Source of the DNA: a virus
Taxonomy: Duplodnaviria > Caudoviricetes
DNA: 42,426 nt
Virus record (IMG/VR): IMGVR_UViG_3300033067_001711
Coordinates: 1-42,426 of that record
Direction: 5' to 3' (one strand)
This document shows positions 17,855-27,973 of the stretch, in pieces; within the stretch, counting starts at the first letter, position 1; each line of letters opens with the position of its first letter. The position numbers and the translations under genes are program-made. The notes beneath the pieces were generated by a model that was not told the origin of the DNA, made no database searches, and worked only from the letters and a program-made list of their open reading frames with translations.

Positions 17855-18095
17855 AGTTGTTGTACGTGTCCGCATCCCGAGGGTAGTGACCGACAATCCC
17901 ATGGTTACTTTTGAATCTCGGGACGGGAAGTTCGCGCAGTCGGTGATGCTTACATCACCAATCATTCGGTGGATGAACGGAAAGTATGAGGGGTATTTTG
18001 AGCTTGAGATCCGTGGAGCGCGAATCGTGGGACTTACGCCCGTTGGAGAGGAAAGGTTTTTCAATGAGCCAGAGGAAGAGGCTGAACGTGAGTGA
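17844..18095 (+). CDS. Hypothetical protein
   Basis: AAGGAG RBS. Confidence 0.6.
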   Translation: MEGKVVVRVRIPRVVTDNPMVTFESRDGKFAQSVMLTSPIIRWMNGKYEGYFELEIRGARIVGLTPVGEERFFNEPEEEAERE

Positions 18096-18288
18096 CATCA
18101 TGTCCTCGAATGGTCCTATTATAAAAAAGGATGAGGGCACGCAGATGCCTCTCTTTGATCTGGCAAGCGTCACACCAAAGAACGGCCCCCCCAGCACTAA
18201 GTTTCCCTTCGTTCGGCATCTATCAGATGATGATTTAGCGGAGCTTAATCTAGTTGTTCAGCGCGAGATAACTGGTAGAGCGCCGTAG
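18088..18288 (+). CDS. Hypothetical protein (start uncertain)
   Basis: GAGG before the GTG at 18088, in frame with track ORF 17986..18288. Confidence 0.45.
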   Translation: MSDIMSSNGPIIKKDEGTQMPLFDLASVTPKNGPPSTKFPFVRHLSDDDLAELNLVVQREITGRAP

Positions 18289-18293
18289 ATCAC

Positions 18294-19727
18294 ATGCAGC
18301 CGCTTTGGAAACATCAGATAGAGACCATTGAGCTTGCGAGGACGAAAGCAAGCTTTGGGCTTCTGCACGAGGCGGGCACTGGTAAGACGCGCACTATGAT
18401 TGAGATCTTTCGTCAAAAATGCGCTAACAAAAATTCACTTCTAAAGACCTTGATCCTTTGCCCGCAGGTCGTGATGAACAACTGGAGATCCGAGATTCTA
18501 AAGTTCTCGAAGATCTCCGGGGACGACATCGTACTTTTAACTGGCCCGGGGAAAAATCGTCTTGAGCTTCTCGTGTGGCACACCGGGCACGCGAAGACGC
18601 CGCGAGTTTTCATCGCGAACTACGAAACGCTTTTAATGCCCGAGGTGTACAAACATTTTTTAGGATACGGCCTCGAGTGCATCATTGCCGATGAATCGCA
18701 CCGAATTAAATCTCACAACTCGAAGCGAACGAAGGCCCTTTTACAGCTGGCAAAGCCGGTTCCGCACAAATTTATTCTCACCGGAACGCCCGTGCTGCAG
18801 TCGCCGCTTGATCTGTTCTCGCAGTTTTTGTTTTTGGACGGTGGTGAGACATTCTCTCCTGTGGGGAGCAATTTTTTTGCATTTCGAAACCACTTCTTTT
18901 TTAACAAAAATGCAGGTGCTCCGTCGCACGTAAGCTGGCCTGATTGGAGAATACGGCCCGGCGCTACCGATGAGATATCGGCGCGGATCAAAAGGATCAC
19001 AACGCACTATAAGAAATCGGAGTGTCTTGATCTCCCTCCCATGGTCTACAAGACCATACCAGTTGAGCTAAGCGCCGAGCAGCGCAGACACTACGATATG
19101 ATGAAGAAGAATTTCATCACGTTTTTAGAGGATAAGGCCTGCACGGCTCAGCTTGCCATTACCAAAGCGCTTAGGCTGCAGCAGATTGTATCGGGGTTTA
19201 TCCAGCTCGAGGGAGAAGAGAGCGTGGTTCAGCTCAAGGACAATCCGCGGCTCGCGGCCCTTGAGGACATTATTGAGGATCTGGTGATTGAGTCGGGGCG
19301 CAAGGTCATCGTCTGGGCATGCTGGCGAGAGAATTACAAACAGATCAGCGAGATGCTCGACCGAAAGAAGGTGTCCTATGTTCAGGCGCATGGAGAAATT
19401 CCTCAGCGACTCAGACAAAAAGCAATTGATGATTTCTGTAAAGATGGGGGCGCAAGCGTATTCATTGGAAATCAAGGGGCCGCTGGGATCGGTATCAACC
19501 TTGTCGAGGCGGGTTATGCTATTTATTATTCGCGAAACTTCAGCCTTGAACATGACATACAGTCTGAGGCACGAAACTACCGTGGAGGAAGCGAGAAGCT
19601 CCACGAGTCCGTCACCCGAATTGATTTAGTCGCTAATGGAACAATCGACGAAAGCATTCTGCAAGCACTTGCATCAAAGCAAGAGGTAGGGGATAAGGTT
19701 CTTCGGGACATGGCAAAGAGACTATGA
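18294..19727 (+). CDS. SNF2-family (DEAD/DEAH-like) helicase
   Basis: EAGTGKT, DESH, LTGTP, GIGINL and QSEARNYR motifs. Confidence 0.9.
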   Translation: MQPLWKHQIETIELARTKASFGLLHEAGTGKTRTMIEIFRQKCANKNSLLKTLILCPQVVMNNWRSEILKFSKISGDDIVLLTGPGKNRLELLVWHTGHAKTPRVFIANYETLLMPEVYKHFLGYGLECIIADESHRIKSHNSKRTKALLQLAKPVPHKFILTGTPVLQSPLDLFSQFLFLDGGETFSPVGSNFFAFRNHFFFNKNAGAPSHVSWPDWRIRPGATDEISARIKRITTHYKKSECLDLPPMVYKTIPVELSAEQRRHYDMMKKNFITFLEDKACTAQLAITKALRLQQIVSGFIQLEGEESVVQLKDNPRLAALEDIIEDLVIESGRKVIVWACWRENYKQISEMLDRKKVSYVQAHGEIPQRLRQKAIDDFCKDGGASVFIGNQGAAGIGINLVEAGYAIYYSRNFSLEHDIQSEARNYRGGSEKLHESVTRIDLVANGTIDESILQALASKQEVGDKVLRDMAKRL

Positions 19728-19951
19728 GCGATAAACAGCCGATTCTTGAAGAACACACTTTCGATTTTGGTGGGCACATCATCAAGGTCTCGTGTTCGGT
19801 ATCGGGTGATCGGCGATATATTGAGTGTATTTTAGAGGGCTCAGAGCCCATGAGTAGGCTAGAGGTAGCGACGATTTTTGGCGTATGCCACGATAACTTA
19901 ATGGCGGGGGTGAAGAAGCCGCTTCCCGATTACGCCATGAAGATGAATTAG
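19724..19951 (+). CDS. Hypothetical protein
   Basis: ATGA overlap. Confidence 0.55.
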   Translation: MSDKQPILEEHTFDFGGHIIKVSCSVSGDRRYIECILEGSEPMSRLEVATIFGVCHDNLMAGVKKPLPDYAMKMN

Positions 19952-19960
19952 GAGAATGAG

Positions 19961-20386
19961 ATGGGTGACTTAACGGTTCTAGAGCTAAAAGCCATGTGCG
20001 AAAAGGTTGTGGTCATGCGCGAGCAGATTGAGAAGGCTAAGGCTGTCTATAGCTCGCTTTGTAACCAGGGTGATTTACTGGAGGCTGAACTCATTGATGC
20101 GATGGCTAAGCTCGACATGCGAAGCTTTAAAGAAGGCGGACTTAATTTTATTAGAACCGAGAAGAGTTCCGTCACTATTCCGAAGGGTGAGGCGAAGGAC
20201 GAGTTTTTTGACTACCTCAAAAAAGTTGGGCACTTTGAGGCGCTTGCCACTGTGAACTCGGCAACGCTTAATTCTTGGTACAAATCCGAGGATGAAGCGG
20301 CAAAGGCGCGCGGTGAACCATATGCCGTTATTCCCGGCCTTGAGATGCCCACCATTCGAGTTGGTCTTACGGTTCGAAAAGCGTAA
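19961..20386 (+). CDS. Coiled-coil replication-module protein
   Basis: AGGAG RBS; N-terminal coiled coil and TVNSATLNSW...IPG motif; lies between helicase and SSB-like genes. Confidence 0.6.
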   Translation: MGDLTVLELKAMCEKVVVMREQIEKAKAVYSSLCNQGDLLEAELIDAMAKLDMRSFKEGGLNFIRTEKSSVTIPKGEAKDEFFDYLKKVGHFEALATVNSATLNSWYKSEDEAAKARGEPYAVIPGLEMPTIRVGLTVRKA

Positions 20387-20438
20387 TAAACTCTGCGCGG
20401 AATTTTTCCCCAAAGAGATGAATTAAAGGAGCGATAAA

Positions 20439-21215
20439 ATGGCAAAGGTAGAAACAAAAAAAGAAGTAGCTGTAGTTGAGCCGGTGCATATGCCTGTAGT
20501 GCACAGCCACGCAAAGAGCGTTGTGGATTCGGCGGATATCATTGTGCCGAAGCTTCTCTTGGCGCAGGGGTTATCGGTGAGCGTTGCCGATGGCAAGGCC
20601 AAGATGGGAGACATTACCAACTCTCTTACGGGAGCCGTGGTCGGCGGTCCTAGTAATGATGTTCCGTTCATTCCTATTACGCTCAAGAAATATTGGAAGC
20701 GTTTTGAAACCGTGAACGGCAAGCGTCAGTATCGGGGAAATGAAGAGTTCAACGAGGCGAACCGCAGCCGTGATCTAGTAGAGATGCGCGGCACGGCTAA
20801 ATGGGAATATGACCTTGTGATCGATGCCTACGGATTCACCGAGGAAGACGTACAAGATCCCATTGCGCTTCCTTGTGTGGTGAGTTTCACGCGCACTTCC
20901 TATAAGGCGGGACAGAAGATGAATACTCACTTCGCCTCGCTTGATGGTGCGATCCCGCGCCTTGCGCATTACACCTACAAAATGGCTATCACTTGTAAGA
21001 AGATCCAAAATGATAAGGGCATCTTCTACGTCTTCGATGTTAAGCCCATGCTCGATGGAACAAAGATCGCAAAAACTCCCGCCGAGTACTTCCCGAAGAT
21101 AGAGCGCTGGGAGCAAATTTTAACTGATAGCAGTAGCAACATCACGGTCGATGGCGGCGCAGAAGAGGATGCTGTTTCCACTTCGTCGTCTTCGGTTGAT
21201 GAATCAAGATTTTAA
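20439..21215 (+). CDS. Putative single-stranded DNA-binding protein
   Basis: Upstream of PolA; acidic/Ser-rich tail ending in Phe. Confidence 0.55.
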   Translation: MAKVETKKEVAVVEPVHMPVVHSHAKSVVDSADIIVPKLLLAQGLSVSVADGKAKMGDITNSLTGAVVGGPSNDVPFIPITLKKYWKRFETVNGKRQYRGNEEFNEANRSRDLVEMRGTAKWEYDLVIDAYGFTEEDVQDPIALPCVVSFTRTSYKAGQKMNTHFASLDGAIPRLAHYTYKMAITCKKIQNDKGIFYVFDVKPMLDGTKIAKTPAEYFPKIERWEQILTDSSSNITVDGGAEEDAVSTSSSSVDESRF

Positions 21216-21224
21216 GGAGAACAA

Positions 21225-21389
21225 ATGAAGATCCAGAACATCGATAATACGCCCCTGTACGTATACATTCCGATCAAACTAAAAAAGAAGTTTGAGAAGA
21301 TTGCCACTCGTAAGGGGACGAGCCTTAGCGCTCTCACGCGCATGATGCTTGAGGAATACGTTAGCAAAGAAAGTAGCAAGCCGTCGTGA
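21225..21389 (+). CDS. Ribbon-helix-helix DNA-binding protein (54 aa, not in ORF track)
   Basis: AAGGAG RBS; LYVYIP..LKKKFEKIA...GTSLSALTRMMLEEYV; GTGA overlap with the polymerase gene. Confidence 0.7.
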   Translation: MKIQNIDNTPLYVYIPIKLKKKFEKIATRKGTSLSALTRMMLEEYVSKESSKPS

Positions 21390-23245
21390 TTATCGTAACG
21401 CCCGAAACATTCGAAGAGTGCGTTCGGGCGTTGTTTGCTCACACCTTCCTTGCGGTAGATACCGAGACGACGGGCCTTTTCCCCTATAAGAAGGACCGTC
21501 TATTCTCGATTCAGTTCTCCACTAGCTCGGAAGACTATTATTTCAATTTCATCGAATACAGTCCGGAGCAGAAGGCTCCGGTACTCTCCTATGATCTAAT
21601 CCCGAAGCTTCAGCCGCTTTTCACGCGCACCACGCTTTTTCTTCAGAACGCAAAGTTCGACATGGCCTTCCTTCGGAAAGAAGGGATTAATTTCAACGAG
21701 GCACAGATCCATGATACCGAGGTTGTGGGGAGACTACTTAGAAACGATCATCTGAAGTACTCCCTTGATGCTCAGTGTGAGAGAGAGCTTGGTGAGCGCA
21801 AAGACGACTCGGTGATGGAGTGGCTTAAAAAAAATAAAAAATACTCCATCGTGGAGATACCAGGGAAAGATACCCCCTATAAGGCATACCACTTCGATGA
21901 AGTTCCGTTTGAGCTGATAACTCGGTACGGATGTAAAGATACGCGGTTAACTTTTCATTTGGCTCAAAAGCAGCTGCAGCAGCTAGATCTCGTCCCTGAT
22001 CTCTCAAAGGTTGTAGAGATGGAGTCAAAGCTGATTCACGTGTGCGCGGAGATTGAGCGGGTGGGGATCGGCCTTGATCGGGACTATTGCCAGCAGGCCG
22101 CGGACTATGAGTCAAAGAGAGCGGAGATTGCCGAGGAAGAGTTCGAGAAAATCACGGGCCAGGATCTTACCGATTCGGGCAAGTTTTTGGGGCCTATATT
22201 TGAGGCGCTTGGGTTTAAGCCGGAGTTTACCGAGACAGGAGAGTTTGAGGTAGCCGAAGGATTTTTGTCTTCGGTTACGCACCCGCTAGCTGAGATTGTT
22301 CTTCGGTACCGAGACGCTAGAAAGCGGGCCAACAACTACTTCAAGGGTTACCTCCATTTTGTGGATCGGCACGGGAACGTGCACGCCGACATGCGCCAGG
22401 CAGGGACGCGCACTGGGCGATTTTCGTACCGCGATCCTAACCTTCAGAATATCTCCGGAGATACTGAAGAGGTTGAATTCCCCATACGCCGGGCTTTTGT
22501 GCCGAGGCCCGGTTTTTTCTTCCTATCGCTCGACTATAAGCAGATGGAATTCTGCATGCTTCTCGATGAGTCGGGACAGCAGGATCTAATCCAGCAGCTA
22601 AAGTCCGGGCACGATGCCCACGATGCTACAGCTAAGCTTACGGGCCTTTCTCGAAAGCAGGCGAAGACCCTAAACTTCGGCCTTTTGTATGGCATGGGAG
22701 TGGCCAAGCTAGGTGCTGCGATTGGGGTTAGTCGCGAGGAAGCAGCTAAGTTTAAGCGTCAGTACTTTGCAGCGCTCCCGATGGTGGAGCATTTTATCCT
22801 TCAATGCTCGGGAGCTGTTCGGCAGCGTATATCCCGCGATCCTGGCAATGGCTGGATTAAGACCTGGTTCGGAAGACGCGGCTACTTTGATGATGAGAAG
22901 TGGTCCTATAAAGCCGCAAACTTTCGGATCCAGGGAGGCTGCGCCGACGTGGTTAAGATCGCCATGTGCAATCTCCACGATCTTCTGAAGGATAAGAAAT
23001 CTCGCATGGTTCTTCAGGTCCACGACGAACTTTTGTTTGAGGTCGCCTTTGATGAGCAGGACATCATAGGGGAGATTATCAAAACCATGGAGAGCGCCTA
23101 CCCCGCTAGGTCCCTACCTATGAGCGTATCGGTGGGCTATAGCCTAAAATCTTTCTATGATATCGTGGAGGAAGATCCGAGGGGGAAGGTAGTTGGCCAA
23201 GAAGGCGGAGAGCACATTCAAGGAGCGGATTTATCCAAGCCTTAA
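21386..23245 (+). CDS. polA: DNA polymerase family A with 3'-5' exonuclease
   Basis: ExoI DTETTG, ExoII NAKFD, TGRFS..PNLQNI, motif A LDYKQME, motif B RKQAKTLNFGLLYG and motif C QVHDE. Confidence 0.93.
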   Translation: MIIVTPETFEECVRALFAHTFLAVDTETTGLFPYKKDRLFSIQFSTSSEDYYFNFIEYSPEQKAPVLSYDLIPKLQPLFTRTTLFLQNAKFDMAFLRKEGINFNEAQIHDTEVVGRLLRNDHLKYSLDAQCERELGERKDDSVMEWLKKNKKYSIVEIPGKDTPYKAYHFDEVPFELITRYGCKDTRLTFHLAQKQLQQLDLVPDLSKVVEMESKLIHVCAEIERVGIGLDRDYCQQAADYESKRAEIAEEEFEKITGQDLTDSGKFLGPIFEALGFKPEFTETGEFEVAEGFLSSVTHPLAEIVLRYRDARKRANNYFKGYLHFVDRHGNVHADMRQAGTRTGRFSYRDPNLQNISGDTEEVEFPIRRAFVPRPGFFFLSLDYKQMEFCMLLDESGQQDLIQQLKSGHDAHDATAKLTGLSRKQAKTLNFGLLYGMGVAKLGAAIGVSREEAAKFKRQYFAALPMVEHFILQCSGAVRQRISRDPGNGWIKTWFGRRGYFDDEKWSYKAANFRIQGGCADVVKIAMCNLHDLLKDKKSRMVLQVHDELLFEVAFDEQDIIGEIIKTMESAYPARSLPMSVSVGYSLKSFYDIVEEDPRGKVVGQEGGEHIQGADLSKP

Positions 23246-23504
23246 AGCGCTTCCGCACACCTGGGCGCAGAAGATTCAGCAGCGCACGATCCACGGAACT
23301 CCTGATTTTCTTCTCTGCATCCGCGGACGATTCGTGGCCCTAGAGCTAAAAAAAGACGACAAATCAGACGCCGATCCCCTGCAGCTCTATACACTTGAGA
23401 AGATAAATCAGGCTGGGGGTTTTTGTTTTGTCGTGACGCCTGTAAACTGGCCCGAGGTTTTGGACTTTTTAAAACGACTAAGCCAAGGAGAAATTAATGA
23501 TTGA
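23193..23504 (+). CDS. VRR-NUC (PD-(D/E)xK) nuclease
   Basis: E...GTPD...FVALELK...LQ motif. Confidence 0.85.
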   Translation: MAKKAESTFKERIYPSLKALPHTWAQKIQQRTIHGTPDFLLCIRGRFVALELKKDDKSDADPLQLYTLEKINQAGGFCFVVTPVNWPEVLDFLKRLSQGEIND

Positions 23505-23907
23505 AATTACCCTAGCCCAGCTGAGAAGCCCGTCCTTCTCGAAGTCTTATCAAAAGCTCATGTCTACGACAGGCTTTGATCCGAAGACCGCATACCATGT
23601 GGCTCGCGTCGGGCAAGCCCTAGAGGCTGAACTCACCATTGCCAATCAGGCTTACGATAAGCTGATTGCCGATTGGGCTGAGACTAAAGAAGAGAACGGC
23701 CAGAAGATGTGGCGCGTTCCCGACGAGAAGCTCGAGGGCTTCACGGCGGCAAATAAATCGTTTCACGAGGCAGTCGTATCTGTCCCCAAACGGAAGCTCC
23801 TCGTTGGCGAACTTGAAAAAGCAGCACTCACGCCTAGCGAATACCTGGCTCTTGAGCCGGTGCTGGCAAGTCTTGAGGAGCTAGAAGGGGGGAACAGTGG
23901 CAGCTAA
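23497..23907 (+). CDS. Hypothetical protein
   Basis: AAGGAG RBS. Confidence 0.65.
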   Translation: MIEITLAQLRSPSFSKSYQKLMSTTGFDPKTAYHVARVGQALEAELTIANQAYDKLIADWAETKEENGQKMWRVPDEKLEGFTAANKSFHEAVVSVPKRKLLVGELEKAALTPSEYLALEPVLASLEELEGGNSGS

Positions 23908-23950
23908 GAAAAAAACTAAAACCGCAAAGAAAACCAAATCCAAGTGCTAA
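23897..23950 (+). CDS. 17-aa lysine-rich micro-peptide MAAKKKTKTAKKTKSKC
   Basis: GAAGGGGGGA RBS, GTG start and a stop just before the terminator. Confidence 0.4.
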   Translation: MAAKKKTKTAKKTKSKC

Positions 23951-23971
23951 TTGGCTCTAAGCCATACGCAC

Positions 23972-24003
23972 GAGAGGGGCCCCGCGAGGGGCCTTTCTTT
24001 TTT
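23972..24003 (+). terminator. Rho-independent terminator between convergent operons
   Basis: GGCCCC-GCGA-GGGGCC hairpin (GNRA loop) followed by TTTCTTTTTT. Confidence 0.8.
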
Positions 24004-24317
24004 CAGTCCTCATCAATAATCGCTGATTTTTTCGAAGCCAGCTGCCGAAGTTCTTTCAGATCTTTCGGTTTAGATCCCATTCCCATCGCAGCCGACATAG
24101 CAGCATGCTGACCCTTTAAGTGGGTCATGGCGTGGCCGTGAAGCTTAGGCTTCATCTTGATCGCTTCAGCTTCGGTAAGAGTGCGCGCTGCCGATTCTAC
24201 TTCGTGCTTCTCATAAGATGCGGGCTCGGGATTAGGCTCGGAGTCTGCTACCGACTTGGATTCGTGCTCGTCGTTTTTAATTTTAGCGTTTACGGAAATG
24301 TCTTTAGCGGCTTTCAT
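24003..24317 (-). CDS. Hypothetical protein (last gene of the virion operon)
   Basis: AAGGAG RBS. Confidence 0.6.
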   Translation of the reverse strand: MKAAKDISVNAKIKNDEHESKSVADSEPNPEPASYEKHEVESAARTLTEAEAIKMKPKLHGHAMTHLKGQHAAMSAAMGMGSKPKDLKELRQLASKKSAIIDED

Positions 24318-25930
24318 TTTTGCTCCTTGTTTTGATTGTAGAGACTCTGCCAGATCAGCTGAGTTTGAAGAGGATTTTGGCTCGCTTGATTAGCGAGTCT
24401 TGCGCCAAGGCTCATGGTTCCCGATGCGTTTCGAAGCGTATTGGCCATAATTTGATTGCCGTAGGTTTTTGCCCCGGCATTCACGAGGCCAAGCCCTGCT
24501 CCCATGACGGCGTGTTTTAGGCGCTCCTCGGGAGATCCGCCGATGCTGCCACCGATAATCGCTCCAAGAGCACCCGTTCCGTAGCTAGATGGCGATACGA
24601 TGTTATTAGCAAAGTTTCTCTCCTTGCGATTTTTCACGATGCTCTCTGCGGCACTAGTATTTCCGTAGTCCTCTTTGAGCTTCTTGAATTTATCCACGGG
24701 AAAGCCGGTTTTTTCCGCAAGTTGTTCGCCGCCTTGTTCAACGCCGGTCTTGAGTTTGGTTACAAGAGCCCGGTTGAATTCCTCAGAAACGGGAATATCA
24801 GCTCCCGGGAGGCGGTCCCATTTGACCGTATTAGCGACGTTGCGTTTTTTAAGTTCGGCCTCAAGGAGCGATAGCTTATCGTTTATGGGGCCTTCGGCTC
24901 CGGCCGGTAGATCTCCGCGCCGAAACTGCTCGATGTACTGTTTTATCTGAGCGTTCTTGTCGGCGACTCCTGCGGCATCGGCAGCGCCCGGATTTATGAG
25001 ATCCTTTTCGAGCTGTCCTGCGATTGCTTCACGTGAAACACCTACAGGAATGCCGGTCTCCTTGGCGGCCATAGATTCGACCGTGTCACCCAGCTCTTTT
25101 CCAAGAGAGGCGTTTCTAGCCGCTAGCGCATCTTCAAGGCCAGCGTAGCTCTTTGGCACAGGGCCCATCACTTCGAGAGCCTGACCACCGATGTCCTTTA
25201 CCTTGCCTCGGCCGAAGGCCTGTCGAGCTTGCCGCGCATACGGCCCCAGCGCTTTGAACGCTAGAGTCTTCGCACCGTTCATAGTCTTGTCTGCGGCATA
25301 GCCAAGAGCAGGTCCTGCTAGAGGAAGAGCAGCATCGATGGCTGCAGCGGGAATGGGAATATCGGTGAAGGGGACATCAAGGCCCGATTTGGCGGCAACG
25401 GCGTTATGCGCGCGCTCGGAGAGCTGCAGCGGATCAACAACTCCCTCCTTATCCCCCGGATTCTGAATAGCCCTCGCTGCAGCTCCAGATGCGATCATAG
25501 CAGCAGCTTTAGTCCCAAGCCCCGCTCCCTCGGCAAAGGCTCCTGCAGGAGCGGCCATGCCGGTCGCAAGTGTTCCTAAGAGATTGCCGCCCATGAAGCT
25601 CTTCGGATGCTCCTCGGCCACCTTCTGCTGGTGTTTGATCCACTGATCTCGGCGCGTGGCATAGTCAGGAAGATCCGCGTACTGGTTTTGTCCGGTAGCC
25701 AGGTCCATCACTTTTGTGATGGCGGGCTCAGCCAGGGCCTGCAGTTGCGGCATGTAATTAAGGCTTGCGCCTGCGCCGATGCCTTGAACCGCGGCTCCCG
25801 CATCGCCTAAAATATCGGAGGGAGCTTCCACTTGTGGAACTCCGGCCGGAACCGAAGGAGATGCAGCTGCGGCCTTTGCTTTTAGCTGTAGATATCTAAG
25901 GCGCTCCCGCGCGGCAGCATCATCCATCAC
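24314..25930 (-). CDS. Putative internal virion / DNA ejection protein
   Basis: 538 aa, A/G-rich with GxxxG-type hydrophobic segments; podovirus ejection-gene position. Confidence 0.6.
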   Translation of the reverse strand: MMDDAAARERLRYLQLKAKAAAASPSVPAGVPQVEAPSDILGDAGAAVQGIGAGASLNYMPQLQALAEPAITKVMDLATGQNQYADLPDYATRRDQWIKHQQKVAEEHPKSFMGGNLLGTLATGMAAPAGAFAEGAGLGTKAAAMIASGAAARAIQNPGDKEGVVDPLQLSERAHNAVAAKSGLDVPFTDIPIPAAAIDAALPLAGPALGYAADKTMNGAKTLAFKALGPYARQARQAFGRGKVKDIGGQALEVMGPVPKSYAGLEDALAARNASLGKELGDTVESMAAKETGIPVGVSREAIAGQLEKDLINPGAADAAGVADKNAQIKQYIEQFRRGDLPAGAEGPINDKLSLLEAELKKRNVANTVKWDRLPGADIPVSEEFNRALVTKLKTGVEQGGEQLAEKTGFPVDKFKKLKEDYGNTSAAESIVKNRKERNFANNIVSPSSYGTGALGAIIGGSIGGSPEERLKHAVMGAGLGLVNAGAKTYGNQIMANTLRNASGTMSLGARLANQASQNPLQTQLIWQSLYNQNKEQK

Positions 25931-27198
25931 TTGCCTCCGAATTTTTGCTCAAGGTTAGCCAGCTCCGCCTTTTCAGCTTCAGTTAAACCGCCCGACGCCT
26001 CGGCTCCGCTACCAGCATTGGCTGCTAGATTTTGCGAGGCAGCGATTTTTGATTCTAGGTCCGCTTTAAGATCGGGCCTCCGCGCATACATGCTCTCGTG
26101 GCCGCTTGTTACGGTTTTCAAAAGTGCGTTGCGCTGTTTCTCAATGTTGCCCGCCTCGATGTCGGCAAAGTGCTTCATCGCCACCAGCATTGGATGTTGC
26201 TTGCCGATGTCTACGGGTTTTCCGGTAGCGTACTGCTGGATATCATCTTTAGTAATGCCAAGAGATTTTAAGTAGCGCTCCTGACGTTCGGCAACACCAG
26301 AATTGCCCCGCTGAATTGCTCCGGCGACGGCTTGTTGATATTCTTGGAAGAGCTGCGGAGTAACTTCTTTAGCCTCCGAGATCATCTTCCAAGAGTTACC
26401 AAGTCCGTTAAGCTGCTGCAGCTGTGTGCGTAGCATGGGGTTGTTATCGACAGCGGTGATAACTTTGTTGTGAGTGTTGGTATCAAGGCCCATTCGCTGC
26501 ATCTCGGGCCGCTTCATCATAACATCCGCGAGTGCGTTGTCTTTTCTGATTTTCGACAACATGGCCATTTCAGCTAGAGACCCGGGGCCTGCTTTAGCAG
26601 CCTTGATTTGCTCGGCGAGAGAATCGAGCTGGCTTTTCGTGAGAGACTCTTTTCTCTTCTGCAGCATGTCCTGAAGCCCAAGAAGTTTATCGGCCCGCGC
26701 TTCGGGAGTGGGAGGGGCCATCATCTGCGCTTCTTTTACAAAGTCATTCTCAGGATTAAGAAACTTCGCCATCGCAGCCAGAGGAACAAAATTAAGTCCC
26801 TGCGGCAGCGCTCCTGCCTGCTTAATTTGATCACCGAGCTGATCGATTCCTGCCTGCTGCTCATTAATAGCTTTGTCCGCAAGCGCCGAGTATTTAGCCA
26901 GGATATCCTGGTTACGCACTTCGGGAGTTACGGCCTCTTGGCTCATTGGGCCCTTAGCTTGAATCTTAGCCGTGCGGGCCACTGATCTTTGTAGCTTGGC
27001 CGGATCTACCGGAATGAACTGGCTCGGGTCCGCACCACTGGCTACGGCATTTTGTACGGTATCGTCGTCTAGAAGCTCCATGTTCTGCGGCGATAGCTGA
27101 GACTGCATGAGTTCAGCATCCGTCGCGGACATAGGATCGGTAGGCGAGCTTACCGCCTGTGCTTGTTGTTCCATTGAGAGCCAAGGTGATGCGGCCAT
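25927..27198 (-). CDS. Putative internal virion / ejection protein
   Basis: Q/A/M-rich helical protein of 423 aa. Confidence 0.55.
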   Translation of the reverse strand: MAASPWLSMEQQAQAVSSPTDPMSATDAELMQSQLSPQNMELLDDDTVQNAVASGADPSQFIPVDPAKLQRSVARTAKIQAKGPMSQEAVTPEVRNQDILAKYSALADKAINEQQAGIDQLGDQIKQAGALPQGLNFVPLAAMAKFLNPENDFVKEAQMMAPPTPEARADKLLGLQDMLQKRKESLTKSQLDSLAEQIKAAKAGPGSLAEMAMLSKIRKDNALADVMMKRPEMQRMGLDTNTHNKVITAVDNNPMLRTQLQQLNGLGNSWKMISEAKEVTPQLFQEYQQAVAGAIQRGNSGVAERQERYLKSLGITKDDIQQYATGKPVDIGKQHPMLVAMKHFADIEAGNIEKQRNALLKTVTSGHESMYARRPDLKADLESKIAASQNLAANAGSGAEASGGLTEAEKAELANLEQKFGGK

Positions 27199-27212
27199 GT
27201 GAGAACTCCTTA

Positions 27213-27575
27213 TTAGGCGAATCTAGTTTTTTGAACTGCGGCCCAGGGATTTTGATTGCCGAACTGTGCGGCTTCCTGTGCACCCATTGCGCCGCCACCA
27301 GCCATGGCAGGACCTGCAGGCAGCGGAGAGCCGCCCATTCCACCGAACGCGGAAGCGAGCGATGCTCCAGTCATCGCGCCGCCAACACCACCACCGAAGA
27401 TATCCCCGAATTCGGAGCCTGCTCTTTGGATCGGTGCTGCTCTCATTCCTGTCCACGGAGAATAGCGCTCGGTGGCAGCTGCCCTTGCCCTATCGGCTTT
27501 CTCGTTGGCGACCGCTTGGTCGTGTTTCATTTTTCCAAGGAGCGCGCCCCCAAGTCCTGATACTGCTAGCCACAT
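27213..27575 (-). CDS. Small Gly-rich pilot/ejection protein
   Basis: N-terminus LAVSGLGGALLG and G/A-rich segments. Confidence 0.55.
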   Translation of the reverse strand: MWLAVSGLGGALLGKMKHDQAVANEKADRARAAATERYSPWTGMRAAPIQRAGSEFGDIFGGGVGGAMTGASLASAFGGMGGSPLPAGPAMAGGGAMGAQEAAQFGNQNPWAAVQKTRFA

Positions 27576-27973
27576 AAAAACCTCCCTAAGTTTATAAACT
27601 TTTCATGAGTCGTCACGTAGCCCATTGCCTCGTAACGCTTTGCCATCGATGGGTGAGCCGTCGATGCGCAGATCATTTTAAATCCCTCCGAAGCCGCGAT
27701 TTTATCGAGACATTCGCAGAGGTGATCAAGGCACATAGAACGAAGTGCTTTCGCTGAGTACTTATCCGATACGTAATTGGTGTGAATCGCTAGATTTGCA
27801 TCCGTCTTTGTTAAAAACCCAGCGCACACGGGTTTACCGTCATAGATAATCACAAGACCTGTCGGAGGCATAAGATCCCATGGGGGTACCTCTTGTCCGT
27901 GATCCGCAAACCATCCCTCAAGTAGAGGAATGTGATATTTCCCCTCGAAGGGTATGGAATCTAGCTTCGTCAT
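27566..27973 (-). CDS. GNAT-fold-like protein (second copy)
   Basis: GLVIIYDGKPVCAGFL...GFKMICAST...KRYEAMGY pattern. Confidence 0.5.
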   Translation of the reverse strand: MTKLDSIPFEGKYHIPLLEGWFADHGQEVPPWDLMPPTGLVIIYDGKPVCAGFLTKTDANLAIHTNYVSDKYSAKALRSMCLDHLCECLDKIAASEGFKMICASTAHPSMAKRYEAMGYVTTHEKFINLGRFLCG

